Source: the human T2T-CHM13v2.0 reference genome, Homo sapiens. Taken from it: a DNA stretch of 64,000 nt. Of this stretch, positions 61,253-64,000 are shown piece by piece (the first letter of the stretch is position 1; every line of letters starts with the position of its first letter). Below the pieces are notes generated by a model. That model was not told the DNA's origin and searched no databases. It saw only the letters and a program-made list of their open reading frames with translations. The DNA is taken from the NCBI RefSeq assembly GCF_009914755.1, contig NC_060935.1. One strand, given 5' to 3'. A program made the position numbers and the translations under genes.

Positions 61253-62582
61253 CTTCTCCTCCCCCTCCTCCCTCTCTTCCCCCCTCTCCGTCCTCCCTCC
61301 CTCTCTTCATCCTCCCTCCTCCCCCTCCTCCTCTCCCTCCTCCCCCTTCTCCCTCCCTTCTCCCCCTTCTCCCCTCCCCCTCCCCCGCTTCCTTCCCCTC
61401 CCCATCCTCCTCCCCCTCCTCCCCCTCTTACTCCTCCTCCCCTCCTCTTCCTCTTCCCCCTCCTCCCCTCCTCTTCCTCTTCCCCCTCCCTCCTCCCCCT
61501 TCCCTCCTCCCCCTCCTCCTCCTTCCCCCTCCTCTCCCTCCTCCCCTCTACACCCCCTCCTCCCCCTCCTTTCCCCCTTCTCCCCCTCCTTTCCCCCTTC
61601 TCCCCTTCCTTCCCCCCTCCTCTCCCCCTCCCCCTCCTTTCCCACCTCATCGTCCTCTCCCTCCCCTTTCTTCTCTCCTTCCCTCTCCTCCCTCTCCTCC
61701 CCCTCCAACCCCTCCTCCCCTTCCTCTCCTCCCTCTCCTTCCCCTTCCTCTCCTCCCTCTCCTTCCCCTTCCTCTCCTCCCTCTCCTTCCCCTTCCTCTT
61801 CTCCCTCTTCTCCTCCCACTCTCCCTCCTCCTTCTCCCCTTCCTCCTTCCCCCTCCCCCTCCTCCCCCTTCCTCCTTCCCCCTCCCCCTCCTCCCCTTCC
61901 CCTCCTCCTCCCTCTCCTCCTCCCCCTCTCCTCCTCCCTCTCCTCCTCCCCCTCTCCCTCCTCCTCCCTCTCCTCCTCCCCCTCCCTCCTCCTCCCTCTC
62001 CTCCCCCCTCCTCCTCCTCCCCTTCCTCCTTCCCCCTCCCCCTCCTCCTTCCCCCTCCCCCTTCTCTCTCCTCCTCCCGCTCCTCCTCCCCTTCCTCTCC
62101 TCTTCCCCCTCCCCTCCTCCCTCTCCTCCCTCCCTTCCCTCTCCTCTTCCTCTCCTTCCCCTCCTCTCCTCCCTCTCCTCCTCTGCTCCTCCCTCTCCCC
62201 TCCTCCCTCTCCTCTCCTTCCTCCTCCTCCCCCTCCTCCCCTTCCTTCTCCTCCCTCTCCTCCCCCTCCTCCCCCTTCTCTTCCTCCTTTCCCTCCTCTT
62301 CCTCCTCCCCCTTTCTCTCCTCTTCCTCCTCCCCCTCCCCCCTCCCTTTCCTCCCCCTCCCCTCCTCCTCCTCTTCCTCCTCCTCCCCCCTCCTCCTCCT
62401 CTCTCTCCTCCTCTTCCTCCTCCTTTCCCTCCTCTTCCTCCTCCTTTCCTCCTACTCCCTCTCCTCCTCCCTTCTCTTCCTCCCCCTTCCTCCTCCCCCT
62501 CCTCCTCCCCCTCCTGGCTGAGCCTGACATCTCAATGAGCAGTCTTCCCTCCCCCTCTTCCTCCCTCTCCCCTCCCTCCACC
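61253..62582. repeat. ~1.3-kb polypyrimidine (C/T) low-complexity tract
   Basis: almost purely C/T on the + strand. Confidence 0.98.
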
Positions 62583-63644
62583 TAGTGTCCTCTGTGCAGC
62601 CCCTGTCCCCCCGTGCCCTCTCTCTGTGTTGTTTGTGGCACGCTGCTGTGCCCGCCATCTGGAGGCTTGAATTGCCTGTGAGCTCATCCTGGAGTGAATG
62701 AAATGAATGAAAGATGTGACTCTTTCTCCCAAGGTGGGCGTCTTCCCTTCACGCCTGAGCACCTTCATGCTTATGTTTCTCATGTGCTCTGTAGAGCTGG
62801 TGACCTGCTTTTGACCCTGTCTCCTCCCGTGGGACGTCACTAGCCAGGCGCCTAGTGCAGCAGGCCTCTGTCACTCCTCTAATCCATCTCTCCCTCTCCT
62901 TTGGACATCTTGACATAGGTTTCTGGAGGCAGAAACTTGCTTGTGGAGATTTGTCTGTGAGCTGCCGGAGCAGGGGCCTTCCCGTGGGTGCTGGGCCGGC
63001 AGCGGCTCCGCCCTGCAGAGAGGAGGACGCGGCCCCAGTTGGGTGAGGAGGCGAGGGCAGGATGACGTGATCCAGGGGAGGCTGGTGTGCAGGGATTCCT
63101 GGAGGCCGGCTTTCAGCAAGGGCACTGTGAAGTCTTCCACGGAAACCTGGGATTGCCTGTTGGAAGCTGGGAAGGCACCAGGTGCTCTCGCTCCCCTCCA
63201 GCTGCTTTGACGTTAAGAGGAACTCGCTGAGGGAGCATGGAAAGGGGCTGTAGGATTGTCTTCAGTCTCTCTTTGGTTCTTATTTGATGTTTCTTTTTAA
63301 TGTGGGTCCTGAGAAGTGAGGTGTGCCCATACCCCAGGCCTTTGATCACACCCAGGTTTGTCCGGCTAGGCTCAGGGTGGACTTTGGAGGGCCTGGCCTT
63401 GACTGTGTGGCTTAGGGATCAGATGGAAGCTTCTGGACCCTGGGAGTGAGAGCAGTGTGCTGCCCTCTGAAAAGGAGGATGAGGGTCCAGTGAGGTTCAG
63501 CATTTCTGTAAGGTGCCTTCTTGGAGGGAGTTCCCCCTTCAGGGCTCATTCAGTGGATTTTCTGAGTGTGGCTTCACTCCTGATGGTCAGTGGTGCCTGG
63601 CGGGTGGGTTCCTTAGGGAGGTGTCTGTGGCCGAGGCACGCAGC

Positions 63645-63782
63645 TCTGTTCTGAGCTGAGAGCTGTGGTGTGTGGGCACCTCCGTCCTGACTGAGAGCTG
63701 TGGTGTGTGGGCGCCTCCGTCCTGACCGAGAGCTGTGGTGTGTGGGCCCCTCTGTTCTGACCGAGAGCTATGGTGTGTGGGT
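63645..63782. repeat. 35-bp tandem repeat, about 4 copies
   Basis: gagagctgtggtgtgtgggcRcctccgtcctgacY. Confidence 0.9.
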
Positions 63783-64000
63783 GTCATTGCTATCCTGTGC
63801 TTTCCAATCTGTTCCCATTGCTCACGGGAGCCCCAGTGAGAGGCCCCTCCCTATGGGGAGACACTCCTGGCGAAGTTTTCTTGCTCAGGGTCTTCTGTAT
63901 GGGCCGTGAAGGGGCCTCAGGGTGGCATCAGCACATGTGCCTTTCCCACGAGAGACAGTGGCTTTATCTTGGTGTCACATTGGCCAAAATGTCTTTTATT

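Noticed and set aside
60888-62585. Pro/Ser/Leu-rich and Gly/Glu/Arg-rich long ORFs
   Set aside because: C/T-only sequence cannot contain stop codons, so the ORFs are compositional artefacts

Overview
Human (or very close primate) genomic DNA covering the internal part of AP2A2 (AP-2 complex subunit alpha-2, 11p15.5) on the + strand. It contains the end of intron 1, coding exons 2-14 (about Cys23 to Val653: the trunk and the start of the hinge) and the first 4.2 kb of intron 14. Exon 1 and the ear-domain exons lie outside the window. All 13 exons join into one open frame when spliced by hand. Splice features include a NAGNAG acceptor (exon 8), a GC-AG intron (intron 9) and an 86-nt intron with an AAG acceptor. 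The introns hold about 40 Alus, old L1/L2/MIR/MER/MLT pieces, a solo LTR2, a U6 retrocopy and a 3'UTR-only processed retrocopy of an mRNA I could not identify. They also hold an unusual density of minisatellites: 47/48, 57, 59 (about 94 copies, 5.5 kb), 47, 33 (50 copies), 35 and 41 bp units, plus a 1.3-kb C/T tract. I see no new gene system. The best leads are the VNTRs (an array of about 90 E2F-type sites, stop-free repeats, origin from transposable elements) and several candidate RNA-processing signals. Repeat boundaries and family names are by eye and approximate.
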